Virus record (IMG/VR): IMGVR_UViG_2513237213_000006
Coordinates: 1 to 64,000 of that record
Strand: one strand, 5' to 3'
DNA: 64,000 bases
From: a virus
Taxonomy: Duplodnaviria > Caudoviricetes
Below, in pieces: positions 1-8,385 of this stretch. Numbering within the stretch: the stretch's first letter is position 1; every line of letters starts with the position of its first letter. A program made the translations under genes and the position numbers. The notes below the pieces were generated by a model that did no database searches, had not been told where the DNA came from, and saw only the letters and a program-made list of their open reading frames with translations.

Positions 1-855
1 TTAGAATATATTCTGTGCTACCTTATGCAGATCGTCCTCGTCAAGATGGATATATCGCATCGAAGAGGCAATAGACTTGTGCCCCAGCGCGTATTTTATC
101 GTTGCCGCAGATGCCCCGGCTTTGGCGTATGCGGTGCCGCATCCATGTCGGAAGGAATGGCAATGCAGGTCAGGATAGCCAACCTTGGAACAAGCGTCTG
201 ATACCAACCTTTGAACGGAACGGACAGAAAGATGACCTCTCACGCCCAAAAACAGGAAGCTGTCCCCCCGTTGGTCATTTCGCCATCCGTTGATAATGTC
301 CTGCCGCTGACCGTTTACATACCGGCGAAAAGCGTTCTCTGCCTTGTCCACAAGGATGTAGTTGTGTATCTGTTTAGTTTTCTTGTCGCGTAAGCCCATA
401 ACGATGCCTTTTCCCGACTCGGCAAAGTCCGACACCTTCAGCTTGGTCACGTCCGAAACGCGAAGGCCGTGATAGAATAACAGGGAAACCAACAAAGCAG
501 TCCGGCTATCTGACTTCAGGATAACATCAGCTGCTTGCTCCGGTGTAGCCACTGACACATCAGGTTCAACCGTCTTTATCTCAGACATATAATTGATAGA
601 CTCCTGAACATCGACGGGGTCAAAACAGCGCGGGAAGTGTTTCATCAGCCATCTAATAGCTGCGTGTTTCTGCCTGATGGTAGTTCCCTTCTGCCCAGCG
701 GCCAGCCATTCGTTTGTATGTGCGATAATCGTAGAGCGAGTAGGAAAGTCGTCAAAGGTTCTCAGTGTAACCATGTATCGGTCGGCGGTGGTAGTTGCTT
801 TAATACGAAGTGTAGACTCTGCCTCTTCTAATATCTCCTTATACTTGTCGTTCAT
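1..855 (-). CDS. Tyrosine recombinase (XerC/D/Cre-like, 284 aa, no N-terminal arm-binding extension)
   Basis: Catalytic motifs HGLRVSDV, DKKTK, HCHSFRHGCGT, LGHKSIASSMRY. Confidence 0.92.
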   Translation of the reverse strand: MNDKYKEILEEAESTLRIKATTTADRYMVTLRTFDDFPTRSTIIAHTNEWLAAGQKGTTIRQKHAAIRWLMKHFPRCFDPVDVQESINYMSEIKTVEPDVSVATPEQAADVILKSDSRTALLVSLLFYHGLRVSDVTKLKVSDFAESGKGIVMGLRDKKTKQIHNYILVDKAENAFRRYVNGQRQDIINGWRNDQRGDSFLFLGVRGHLSVRSVQRLVSDACSKVGYPDLHCHSFRHGCGTAYAKAGASAATIKYALGHKSIASSMRYIHLDEDDLHKVAQNIF

Positions 856-859
856 ATCG

Positions 860-950
860 TAAACCTCTCAATCTTTTCAAAATCACGAAACAGGGGAGGC
901 CAGCCCAGCTATAATCGGATGAGCCAGCCAGCCGGAAAATGCTCTGGTTC
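860..950 (-). promoter_or_regulatory. Conserved upstream element, copy ahead of the recombinase
   Basis: Minus strand CATTTTCCGGCTGGC...TATAGCTGGGCTGGCCTCCCCTGTTT...GATTTTGAAAA aligns by eye with the 5640-5740 copy; core AAAATG at 936, 81 nt from the ATG. Confidence 0.55.
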
Positions 951-962
951 GTTTCTTGTCTG

Positions 963-1049
963 TCAGTCAAACATATCCCGCAGGAAGTCGTGCCCCTCTT
1001 TGGTGAACAACAGAACTAAAATCAGAATAAACCATGCCGCTGTCAGCAT
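963..1049 (-). CDS. Small hydrophobic peptide, 28 aa (MLTAAWFILILVLLFTKEGHDFLRDMFD)
   Basis: Hand-translated; AAGGAG RBS upstream; one TM-like segment; below the ORF-track cutoff. Confidence 0.55.
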   Translation of the reverse strand: MLTAAWFILILVLLFTKEGHDFLRDMFD

Positions 1050-1152
1050 AACAACCACTCCTTCTAAATGTCACAACACGAAAATTGTATGTTATTCACA
1101 CTTATATTTTACTATATCGGGAGAAAAAAAGGTATAGTAACAGACAATTTAT

Positions 1153-1659
1153 TTAACATAACCAGTTCAACTTGCAACTACTCCTGAACCCCTCACGAGC
1201 CACAGAAGAAAACTTGCGCCACTGGCTCTCATAGTAGGTTTTTATCTTTTGCAGTTCCTCGAAACGCTCCCAGCCGTCAAGACGATCGCGCTCCAGTTCG
1301 GCCAAACATTTTCTGTAGCTTTGAACCTCGCTATTTATCCATTTGATGGCCTTTTCACTGTCCACCCGTTTGCCAGTTTCGTCCAGCAGGTGCTCATCGG
1401 TAAAGCTGATGAAGTCGCGCTCCTCGTAACCGTGGATGTCCTCGCGATATACTCTGAAAAGACACCATGAACTCTCATAACAATCAATATCGGGTAATTC
1501 GTTGATGGCTCGGCGTATTCTTACGTTGTAGATTTTGCCGTCTACGGAAGGAAAAAACTCCCGCAGGGTATATAACCCCACGAGATATTTTTCGATTGTC
1601 TGTTTGCGCTCGTCTATTTTTTTCAGTAGCGTTTCCTTATCGTTAATATCATTCCACAT
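1153..1659 (-). CDS. Hypothetical protein (168 aa, start MWNDIND)
   Basis: ORF track 1153..1791; start moved to ATG 1659 because of AGGAGG RBS near 1671-1676. Confidence 0.7.
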   Translation of the reverse strand: MWNDINDKETLLKKIDERKQTIEKYLVGLYTLREFFPSVDGKIYNVRIRRAINELPDIDCYESSWCLFRVYREDIHGYEERDFISFTDEHLLDETGKRVDSEKAIKWINSEVQSYRKCLAELERDRLDGWERFEELQKIKTYYESQWRKFSSVAREGFRSSCKLNWLC

Positions 1660-1660
1660 A

Positions 1661-2017
1661 TTACAGTGCACCTCCTTTGAAATAAACTCTCGGCATCCGT
1701 GTAACCAGCCCTGTAACCTCGGTAAATACTTCCTGCAGCTGGTCGCAATAAACACCCTCGCGTTTGGCAATGAGCGTTTCTTTGTATTCACTGTATGTCC
1801 ACGTTTTCCGGCTCAGTCGCGGCGTCGTGATTCTCTTGAACTCCACGGTGTAGGTGTCCATCGGAGTCAGGGTAATCTTCACATAATTTGCCTTACTGCC
1901 ATTTCTGCCGATTCGGAAGGAAAGCCAGTTATCGTGCGTCAGGAAGTGCTTTGCTCCTGTGATATAGGCGAACTGATTGCCACCTAACTGTTTGTAGATT
2001 TCTTTTCCAATACTCAT
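1661..2017 (-). CDS. Conserved phage/plasmid early-region hypothetical protein
   Basis: IYKQLGGNQFAYITGAK motif recurs in mobile-element early proteins (recognised, family not named); AGGAG RBS before ATG 2017. Confidence 0.7.
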   Translation of the reverse strand: MSIGKEIYKQLGGNQFAYITGAKHFLTHDNWLSFRIGRNGSKANYVKITLTPMDTYTVEFKRITTPRLSRKTWTYSEYKETLIAKREGVYCDQLQEVFTEVTGLVTRMPRVYFKGGAL

Positions 2018-2110
2018 AACTAACAACTCCTTAAATATTTTTTAGCACCAATATAGGCACAATAAAGGACACCATATCGGAAAACATGATGCCCTCAATC
2101 TGTCTATATT

Positions 2111-2362
2111 TTAGTCACGATAGCAAAGGCCACCGCTTTTCTTGGCTCTTGCCATACAACGCAGGAAACACTCTGTCAGGTCTTTTACATCGTCCGTGTC
2201 GAAGTAGTCAGCAATTTCCTCGTCTGTGGTGGTTGGTTTAATGAACCGGTCAGGCACTCCGCACATAAGCCAGCCCTCGAATACACGCTCATCATTGATG
2301 TGTCTTGCTACGGTTTCCATAGCTCGGATAAATTCAACTCTCTTTTTTACTTTTACATCCAT
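2111..2362 (-). CDS. Hypothetical protein (83 aa)
   Basis: ORF in operon with GGAGG RBS. Confidence 0.7.
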   Translation of the reverse strand: MDVKVKKRVEFIRAMETVARHINDERVFEGWLMCGVPDRFIKPTTTDEEIADYFDTDDVKDLTECFLRCMARAKKSGGLCYRD

Positions 2363-2377
2363 TTTCAGATACCTCCA

Positions 2378-3013
2378 TTACATCGTGATTGTTTTTCTGC
2401 CTGCGGCTGACCGTCCATCCCGCACTCCCGCGTTATATGCGCCTGATACTGTCGCTCGAATCCCTGCCCCTTTTTTAAGACTGGGGAATAACTCGTGCGT
2501 TTTTTCTTTTACATCCTCGGGAACAACCAACATCAAAGCCCTGCACTGTTCTCCCATAGCACTCTCTACAGCATTGATGAACCCTGAAGCATAACTGTTC
2601 TCAACGCCTTTGGTCGTACCATACATATCCCTGTATTTTTTTCTCTGCTCACTGATCCCCCGCGCACACGCCCACATCAGGCGGTCGAACATCTGAAGGA
2701 CTGCGGTGCGGTCTGTTTCGCGTCCGATAAAGGTCAGCGTCGCTTTGCCTCGCCCCCTTACTGTGCGAATAACCTTGCAACATGTATTTTTGGCAATGAC
2801 ATGAGCCAGTATCGCTTGCCACGGCTTCTGTACAGTGTCCTTGTCAGTTCCAACCTCCTCCGACTCGTTGTACTCTCTCATATCGACATGGTGTTTTGCA
2901 ATTAGCCTCTGCGCCATAGCTGCTGCTGATGCTGCTTCCTGCGGTGTGCATCCGTTTTCCACGGTCTTGCTCAGTAAGTTATTGATGCGCTCCATGATTT
3001 TCTTGTTATCCAT
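2378..3013 (-). CDS. DUF2786-family protein
   Basis: N-terminal KIMERINNLLSKTVENGCTPQEAASAAAMAQRLIAKH is typical of DUF2786; start moved to MDNKK. Confidence 0.8.
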   Translation of the reverse strand: MDNKKIMERINNLLSKTVENGCTPQEAASAAAMAQRLIAKHHVDMREYNESEEVGTDKDTVQKPWQAILAHVIAKNTCCKVIRTVRGRGKATLTFIGRETDRTAVLQMFDRLMWACARGISEQRKKYRDMYGTTKGVENSYASGFINAVESAMGEQCRALMLVVPEDVKEKTHELFPSLKKGAGIRATVSGAYNAGVRDGRSAAGRKTITM

Positions 3014-3014
3014 C

Positions 3015-3191
3015 TTATTCTTCCTCCAGTTCATAATCAGTCATTTCAAAGCGGTCTGCTCCGACGTATAAATCCATATCACTGTGTTCTCGCTCGGCAA
3101 TTTCTCGATAATCACAGGTCGGCGTATCGTCAGGAACATCAATCACGACATCGCCCTCGGTTATCTTTTTAAAATACACTCTTATCTTCAT
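3015..3191 (-). CDS. Small acidic hypothetical protein (58 aa, MKIRVYFKKITEGDVVIDVPDD...)
   Basis: Hand-translated; AGGAGG RBS at 3197-3202; fills the gap in the operon. Confidence 0.65.
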   Translation of the reverse strand: MKIRVYFKKITEGDVVIDVPDDTPTCDYREIAEREHSDMDLYVGADRFEMTDYELEEE

Positions 3192-3210
3192 CCAAACCTC
3201 CTACAGTTTA

Positions 3211-3549
3211 TCATTCGTATTTTTTCAGAAACGAGATTAGCCTACGAATTACAGAGCCGCGCCATCGAGAAATGGTCAGTTTCAGCGCAGGCCACCAGCC
3301 GTCCGTTCGCTTGACTTTGAACACTTGACACTGGCTCTCCCCATAGTCCTCGCTAAAGATAACAAAACAAGAGTCGTTCAAAATTTCCTCATAGGTCTGC
3401 CCCCAGCCGCACTCGTCGGCATACTCCATAACGGTATCTTTTTTCCATCTTTTTACAAAGTCACGATAAAGAGCCATCATTTGCTCTTTTGTTCCGAACC
3501 GATTGGTCAGTTCGCAGGTTTCGGGATTCCATGAAACAAAACAGTACAT
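3211..3549 (-). CDS. Hypothetical protein (112 aa)
   Basis: ORF with AGGAG RBS, co-oriented. Confidence 0.6.
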   Translation of the reverse strand: MYCFVSWNPETCELTNRFGTKEQMMALYRDFVKRWKKDTVMEYADECGWGQTYEEILNDSCFVIFSEDYGESQCQVFKVKRTDGWWPALKLTISRWRGSVIRRLISFLKKYE

Positions 3550-3560
3550 AATATCTCTCC

Positions 3561-3836
3561 TTAAATTTGTATCATTCTAACAGGGAATTTACGCACACGC
3601 CCGAATTTTTGCATGGTGTAATATATATCCCAGTAATTCTCGCCAGTCACCATCTTGCCGTCCTCGTTCACTTCACAATCATAACCATTGTTATTGAAGA
3701 ACTCGCAGAACTCTTTTGTTTGATAAGGCCACGGAGAAAACGAATCCTCACTGCCATTATCGTCGTATACTTTTACGGTATAACCTACTGTTTCGCCGTC
3801 ATCGTCGGGGATTGACTTTACAACAAATAATAACAT
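3561..3836 (-). CDS. Hypothetical protein (acidic, 91 aa)
   Basis: ORF track 3561..3842; ATG 3836 fits GGAGG RBS. Confidence 0.65.
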   Translation of the reverse strand: MLLFVVKSIPDDDGETVGYTVKVYDDNGSEDSFSPWPYQTKEFCEFFNNNGYDCEVNEDGKMVTGENYWDIYYTMQKFGRVRKFPVRMIQI

Positions 3837-3849
3837 AATCAAACCTCCA

Positions 3850-4305
3850 TTACCGATTGAAAAGGTGGGGGTGAGTACCCTTTAAACTTCTGTGGTGCTC
3901 CCCTCCGATTATGATGTGGTCGAGTACACGAATGTTCATAATTTTTCCGACCTTGCAAAGCCGTTCTGTTGCTCGCAAATCCTCGATACTTGGCTCAGTA
4001 ATACCACTGGGGTGATTATGAAAAACAATCAGCGCCGAGGCATTATGCAACAGTGCCCCTTTGAATATTTCGCGAGGGTCAGCCATGCTTGCATCCACAG
4101 TCCCTCTGCTTGTTTCCATAACTCCTGCGACGTGGTTTTTTACGTTCATGTAAATACAGGCCAATACTTCCTGCGCCTCGTCCTTCAAGTTTAGGGCATC
4201 GTTTATCGTATCAACTGCAGTCTGTGGGGAGTTTATGCTCCGCATTTTTAAATAAGCAGGTGCGGTTTCTCTAACAAGTGCAATTTTACTAACAGTGATA
4301 TTCAT
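3850..4305 (-). CDS. JAB/MPN-domain protein (RadC/UPF0758-like)
   Basis: E...HNHPSG.TEPS.ED...T..L...G.I.NIRVLDHIIIG signature. Confidence 0.92.
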   Translation of the reverse strand: MNITVSKIALVRETAPAYLKMRSINSPQTAVDTINDALNLKDEAQEVLACIYMNVKNHVAGVMETSRGTVDASMADPREIFKGALLHNASALIVFHNHPSGITEPSIEDLRATERLCKVGKIMNIRVLDHIIIGGEHHRSLKGTHPHLFNR

Positions 4306-4405
4306 GGTTCAAACCTCCTGTGATTTTCGTTTTGTTCAAATCAGACAGAGCCATCTGCGGTGTAATTAAACAGACAACCCGCGCCCAAAATGCTCACTTT
4401 TCGCC
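4306..4405 (-). promoter_or_regulatory. Conserved upstream element, copy ahead of the JAB gene
   Basis: AAAATGCTCACTTTTCG at 4387-4403; GTTCAAACCTCCTGTGATTTTC shared with the 5640 copy. Confidence 0.65.
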
Positions 4406-4495
4406 GTTGTACCTGTTGGCAAAGTGAATACTGTTCGGTGTCACAAGCATCATTCCCTTCATTTTTATTTTTTCAGTGTTTAGTTAACACCATGA

Positions 4496-4521
4496 GGGAT
4501 ATTATCCCGCGATAATATCCC
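4496..4521. repeat. Perfect 11-bp inverted repeat
   Basis: GGGATATTATC-CCGC-GATAATATCCC. Confidence 0.85.
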
Positions 4522-4533
4522 CTGTGCTATCAA

Positions 4534-4782
4534 CTAATTAAACGGTAGACTCCAGCGCATAACATCGTTGAACGAAACAGACATCCCTCGCGTTTTGAAA
4601 AACGGCTCCCCCTGCTCGTCATAACGAATTTTTGATTTTGTGAGTCTGCTCGATTCGCCAGAAGTTACCCATCTAAATACCACCTTGTCATCTATACCGT
4701 GCTCAATGTCCCAAACTTCAAGGGAACAAAACGGCCCCATAGGGTAATAGCCGATAAAATTATTGTACTGTTTCATTGTCAT
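4534..4782 (-). CDS. Hypothetical protein (82 aa)
   Basis: ORF, stop/start overlap with the upstream gene. Confidence 0.65.
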   Translation of the reverse strand: MTMKQYNNFIGYYPMGPFCSLEVWDIEHGIDDKVVFRWVTSGESSRLTKSKIRYDEQGEPFFKTRGMSVSFNDVMRWSLPFN

Positions 4783-5054
4783 GCCTCCATATAGCTCAAG
4801 GTGTTCTTTAATACCCGCAAGGTGTTTTTTTCGTTCTCAATCATAAACGCCTGTGCTTGCAACTGCTCGATTTGTTGTTTCATATCGGACAGTAGGGCAG
4901 GGGAGGGATTGAAAAAATCCTCTTTGATTTGTACCCCAACTGCTGCCTGAGTTACCTGCATTTTGTTCCAAAGTACCCGCATGGATTCCTCAAGCGTCCA
5001 CACTCGGTGCATTGCCTTTTCCTTCTCCTGTTGTACCATAAATGTGTCAATCAT
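4779..5054 (-). CDS. Hypothetical coiled-coil protein
   Basis: ORF track 4779..5144; ATG 5054 fits AGGAG RBS. Confidence 0.6.
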   Translation of the reverse strand: MIDTFMVQQEKEKAMHRVWTLEESMRVLWNKMQVTQAAVGVQIKEDFFNPSPALLSDMKQQIEQLQAQAFMIENEKNTLRVLKNTLSYMEA

Positions 5055-5147
5055 AAACAACATCTCCTTTTGATTGTTTTTTGCTGGTAGTTGATACCAT
5101 GAAGGACACCATGATGCGAACCATGATGCCCTCGGTGCTATCAAATA

Positions 5148-5639
5148 TCAATCGGTCAATTCGGGTTTGAACCGGCTACTATAACCGCTCACATGAATAC
5201 TGCCGTATTTTGCGCGTATCGCGTCCATATCCTTCCCGCCTTTTCTGCCTGTGCTTTTCATCCATGCTGGTCTCCAGTACCACATGTGCTTTTTACTTGC
5301 CCAGCGGCATCCTATGTTTTTCAATTCATCCTTGTGCTCCTTCGTGTTGCCGCTTATCCATAGCCACTCGCCGCACAACTCTACATCTACCTCGATATTT
5401 AACAGGGCGTTGATGACATCCCTGTAACCATCGTCCACATCGTCAAGGTTAATATTTTCAGAATGGGTTTTACGTTTGATGCCCGCTTTGATGTCCTTGA
5501 AACACAGTTCATATTCGGCTGACATTGCCTTAAACTCTTCCTCCGAACCGCCGAGGTCGGGGTGCAGTTTCATTGCCCACTGTTTGTATGCTTTTTTCAG
5601 TTCCTTCATATCCACGATGTTCTTGAAATATTTAAACAT
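5148..5639 (-). CDS. J-domain (DnaJ-like) protein with a C-terminal W-rich domain
   Basis: LKKAYKQWAMKLHPDLGGSEEEFKAMSAEYE contains the HPD motif. Confidence 0.85.
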   Translation of the reverse strand: MFKYFKNIVDMKELKKAYKQWAMKLHPDLGGSEEEFKAMSAEYELCFKDIKAGIKRKTHSENINLDDVDDGYRDVINALLNIEVDVELCGEWLWISGNTKEHKDELKNIGCRWASKKHMWYWRPAWMKSTGRKGGKDMDAIRAKYGSIHVSGYSSRFKPELTD

Positions 5640-5740
5640 TGTTCAAACCCCCTGTGATTTTCAAATCGGATAAAACAGGCAAGACCATCCGACTATATTT
5701 CAAGACGGACGGCCAGCCCGAAAATGGTCACTTTTCGACT
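5640..5740 (-). promoter_or_regulatory. Conserved upstream element, copy ahead of the J-domain gene
   Basis: Palindrome-flanked CGAAAA-TGGTCAC-TTTTCG at 5719-5737, 82 nt from the ATG; TATAGT -10-like hexamer downstream on minus strand. Confidence 0.7.
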
Positions 5741-5913
5741 GCGGCAAATACCATGTGATGCAGATCAACGGTTTTTCCGAACACATAACACTCGCCGTTA
5801 TAGTAGGTCGGCACGTTGTAGCCATCGTTGTTGGCATCGTGGTAGTTATCAAAGACTTTTTCAATCTTTACTGTGCAGAAACGTGGTGTAAAAACTTTGT
5901 CTCCGATATTCAC
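5728..5913 (-). CDS. Hypothetical protein (61 aa)
   Basis: ORF with AGGAGG RBS; its stop lies inside the conserved element. Confidence 0.65.
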   Translation of the reverse strand: MNIGDKVFTPRFCTVKIEKVFDNYHDANNDGYNVPTYYNGECYVFGKTVDLHHMVFAAVEK

Positions 5914-6839
5914 GCTACGGCCTCCTTTTTCTTTGCAGTGGTCTTCTTAGTGGCGGCCTTTTTCGTCGTGGATTTTTTCGCAGTGGTCTTCTTTGTCGTG
6001 GTCTTTTTCTTTGTTTTGGGGCTGGTGTTTTTCTTTTCGATTTCTTTAGCCTCGGCCTGTAATTTTTCGATGTAATCTGCGTCAATCACAACCACTTCAG
6101 GCTCCTCGGTCTTGTCCTCGGTCGGCAGGTTTTCAAGCCACCATGCTTCGTCAGCGTGTTCGCCGTCAATATTCACCCCATACTGTGAGCGTTTGTCGTA
6201 ACTAACAAACCAGTCGTGAACCATTTCGGCGGTGCAAGTGTAGACAGGCAAGCACATCGGAAGGTTCGGAACAGGCGCGGTTGGTTCGTTCTGTTCTTTT
6301 TGTGCCATCTTTGCAAGGATAGCCTCCCTCGACAGGCCGAACTCCTTCTCAAGCAGATCAAGCATTGCCTCGTTGATTTTGGCCTTGCGGGTGCGGGTCT
6401 TGCGCGGGGGGATAATGCCCGCCTTGCGCATCTCCTTTTCCTTTTGGTATTGCTCCATGTGTGTTTTCCAGTCGCGTGCAGGCCGTCCTTCGATTGGTTC
6501 AATCTCGGTGTAACCTTCCCCACAGGCGAGGTCGCGATACATCATAAGCGTCTGCGTCGTTGTTTTCGGCCATTCGCCCTCCTTGACTTCGCCAGTTGCC
6601 TTGTCAGTCGCATATATTCCGGCGTGGGACAAACGGAAGGTCTTTGCGTTATCATTCACAACACAGATGGGGTGCTCGAAGAAATAGAACACGCGCGTTG
6701 CTTCAAAGGTTTCGGCTTCAAGGTCTTTGTCTGCGATGATGGTCACAGGCAGGGGACGCGGTTTAATGGTCACCGCATGATTCCCCAGCTTCATGATGGT
6801 TTCTTTAGATTCCCATACCTTCAGTACACTCTTTTTCAT
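5910..6839 (-). CDS. Hypothetical protein with a histone-H1-like K/T/A-rich C-terminal tail
   Basis: C-terminus KTKKKTTTKKTTAKKSTTKKAATKKTTAKKK; AGGAG RBS. Confidence 0.8.
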   Translation of the reverse strand: MKKSVLKVWESKETIMKLGNHAVTIKPRPLPVTIIADKDLEAETFEATRVFYFFEHPICVVNDNAKTFRLSHAGIYATDKATGEVKEGEWPKTTTQTLMMYRDLACGEGYTEIEPIEGRPARDWKTHMEQYQKEKEMRKAGIIPPRKTRTRKAKINEAMLDLLEKEFGLSREAILAKMAQKEQNEPTAPVPNLPMCLPVYTCTAEMVHDWFVSYDKRSQYGVNIDGEHADEAWWLENLPTEDKTEEPEVVVIDADYIEKLQAEAKEIEKKNTSPKTKKKTTTKKTTAKKSTTKKAATKKTTAKKKEAVA

Positions 6840-7007
6840 GTAAATTCGCTCCTTTTCTTTTCACATAGATTCGACAGTTCACGGTTCGGAAAATGGTCAC
6901 TTTTCGCCTATAATTTTTCGCCTCGCTTGTTGTTTATTTGTATCATTCGTAGACACAAGACAAGGCACAATTCGGAAATTATGCCCTGTGTTTCTATCTA
7001 CGAACTT

Positions 7008-7256
7008 TTAAATTTCGTATAAGTCGCTACTCCAAAAATCGGCTTCGCCTTTTGCCGTTTCGCCAAAATAGATTGACGCAGGTAAAATGTTATCGAAGTA
7101 GTGACCTTGTGCCCAATCAGGTTTAGGTATTTCAAAGTCTTTTTCGTACTTTTCTTTGAAGTCAGGCCACCACGCGACGACATACGGTTCAACGGTGTTA
7201 TCGGTTCTAAGTAAAACGTATTCGCCTTTAGTTGCATAAATCATTTTAATTTCCAT
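7008..7256 (-). CDS. Hypothetical protein (82 aa)
   Basis: ORF with GGAGG RBS. Confidence 0.65.
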   Translation of the reverse strand: MEIKMIYATKGEYVLLRTDNTVEPYVVAWWPDFKEKYEKDFEIPKPDWAQGHYFDNILPASIYFGETAKGEADFWSSDLYEI

Positions 7257-7423
7257 TATTTACCTCCATAAAAATATTCAAGGGCCTCACTGGTCTTGTC
7301 AAATTTAATCTTTTTTTCTCCTTCATTCGGCCAGTTAGAAATAACAATCCATTTGTTAGGATTATTACGGTGTTGCCAAAGATTACTCCAGCCGATTTTT
7401 GCGACAAGTTGATAATGTAACAT
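7256..7423 (-). CDS. Hypothetical protein (55 aa, MLHYQLVAK...)
   Basis: AGGAGG RBS before ATG 7423. Confidence 0.65.
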   Translation of the reverse strand: MLHYQLVAKIGWSNLWQHRNNPNKWIVISNWPNEGEKKIKFDKTSEALEYFYGGK

Positions 7424-7433
7424 AGTGCCTCCT

Positions 7434-7553
7434 TTATCGCGTCCAACGCTCAAAAATACTTGCATAAAACAACGCTGGAACTAAGACGGCCAACGCCTTT
7501 TGGATGTTTGGATGTAAGCGGCGTTTCGGAAGAGTTTGGATAAATTTTTGCAT
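7434..7553 (-). CDS. Small peptide, 39 aa (MQKFIQTLPKRRLHPNIQKALAVLVPALFYASIFERWTR)
   Basis: Hand-translated; AGGAGG RBS; first ORF after the long leader. Confidence 0.6.
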   Translation of the reverse strand: MQKFIQTLPKRRLHPNIQKALAVLVPALFYASIFERWTR

Positions 7554-7569
7554 AAATACAACCTCCTAA

Positions 7570-8350
7570 AATGTGATTTTGTTTCGTGTGGTGTTAGCGC
7601 CACAAGTCAAGGCACATTTAACGATTTCAACTCGCTCGGCTGACTTTATCCATGAAGGAAAATGCGAACAAGAGATTTTTTTACGAATCGGAAAACGTGC
7701 CTATCATTCTGACGCGAACAAATAAGAACAATTCACCTTGAGCCTTTTTGTATTAGAATTATTGCTACGATTGGTCTACTATATACCCCATCAGGCTATA
7801 GATTTCGGTTGTTTCGTTGCTTCTTCACAACTTTGTAGGGCGTATAGAGCGCACTTCATCCGCTTACTTGCGTACACTTTTTACACGCACTCTCCCTATT
7901 TTGCAGATACCGTAACTGCGGGCTATATTGTGACAAATGAGCCACCTTGTCTTTACAAGTTCTTGACTATCAGCCTGCGTATGGCAAATGAGCCACAGGC
8001 CGGGGGTACAGGTATACCACACAAACGACTAACTATGGTCTGACAATTTTCAGAGGTTCGGCGTATGCAAGCTACTCCGCATGTTTCACAACATTCGTTG
8101 ACCGAACATTCAAGGGAATGTGCCTAACACAGTTTCGATGCCTTTTGCATGGTATGGGGTTTTTAGGGTACAAAGTTCCCGACAACATACGACACACAAC
8201 AAAAATTGTATGACAAAGATAGTTATGACTTTTGCTTTTGCCGTATGTTATGGAATTGGTATGGAAAGGGAAATAGATACACTGGTCATATTTTGGGCCG
8301 TGGTCGCTACCAACTGGTGCGCCTGACGTTCGTGCTCGTTGCCTCGCCAC
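7570..8350 (-). ncRNA. Candidate large structured RNA or long 5' leader
   Basis: No convincing ORF; directly downstream of two consensus promoters; at least 7 hairpins found by eye. Confidence 0.5.
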
Positions 8351-8356
8351 GCTTAT

Positions 8357-8385
8357 ATCATAACAAATGGCTTTTTGCTTGTCAA
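8357..8385 (-). promoter_or_regulatory. Sigma-A promoter P1 (leftward)
   Basis: TTGACA-17-TATGAT with extended TGn and an A/T UP element. Confidence 0.85.

Noticed and set aside
1-100. attP/att site next to the recombinase
   Set aside because: The window begins at the recombinase stop codon, so flanking sequence is not visible
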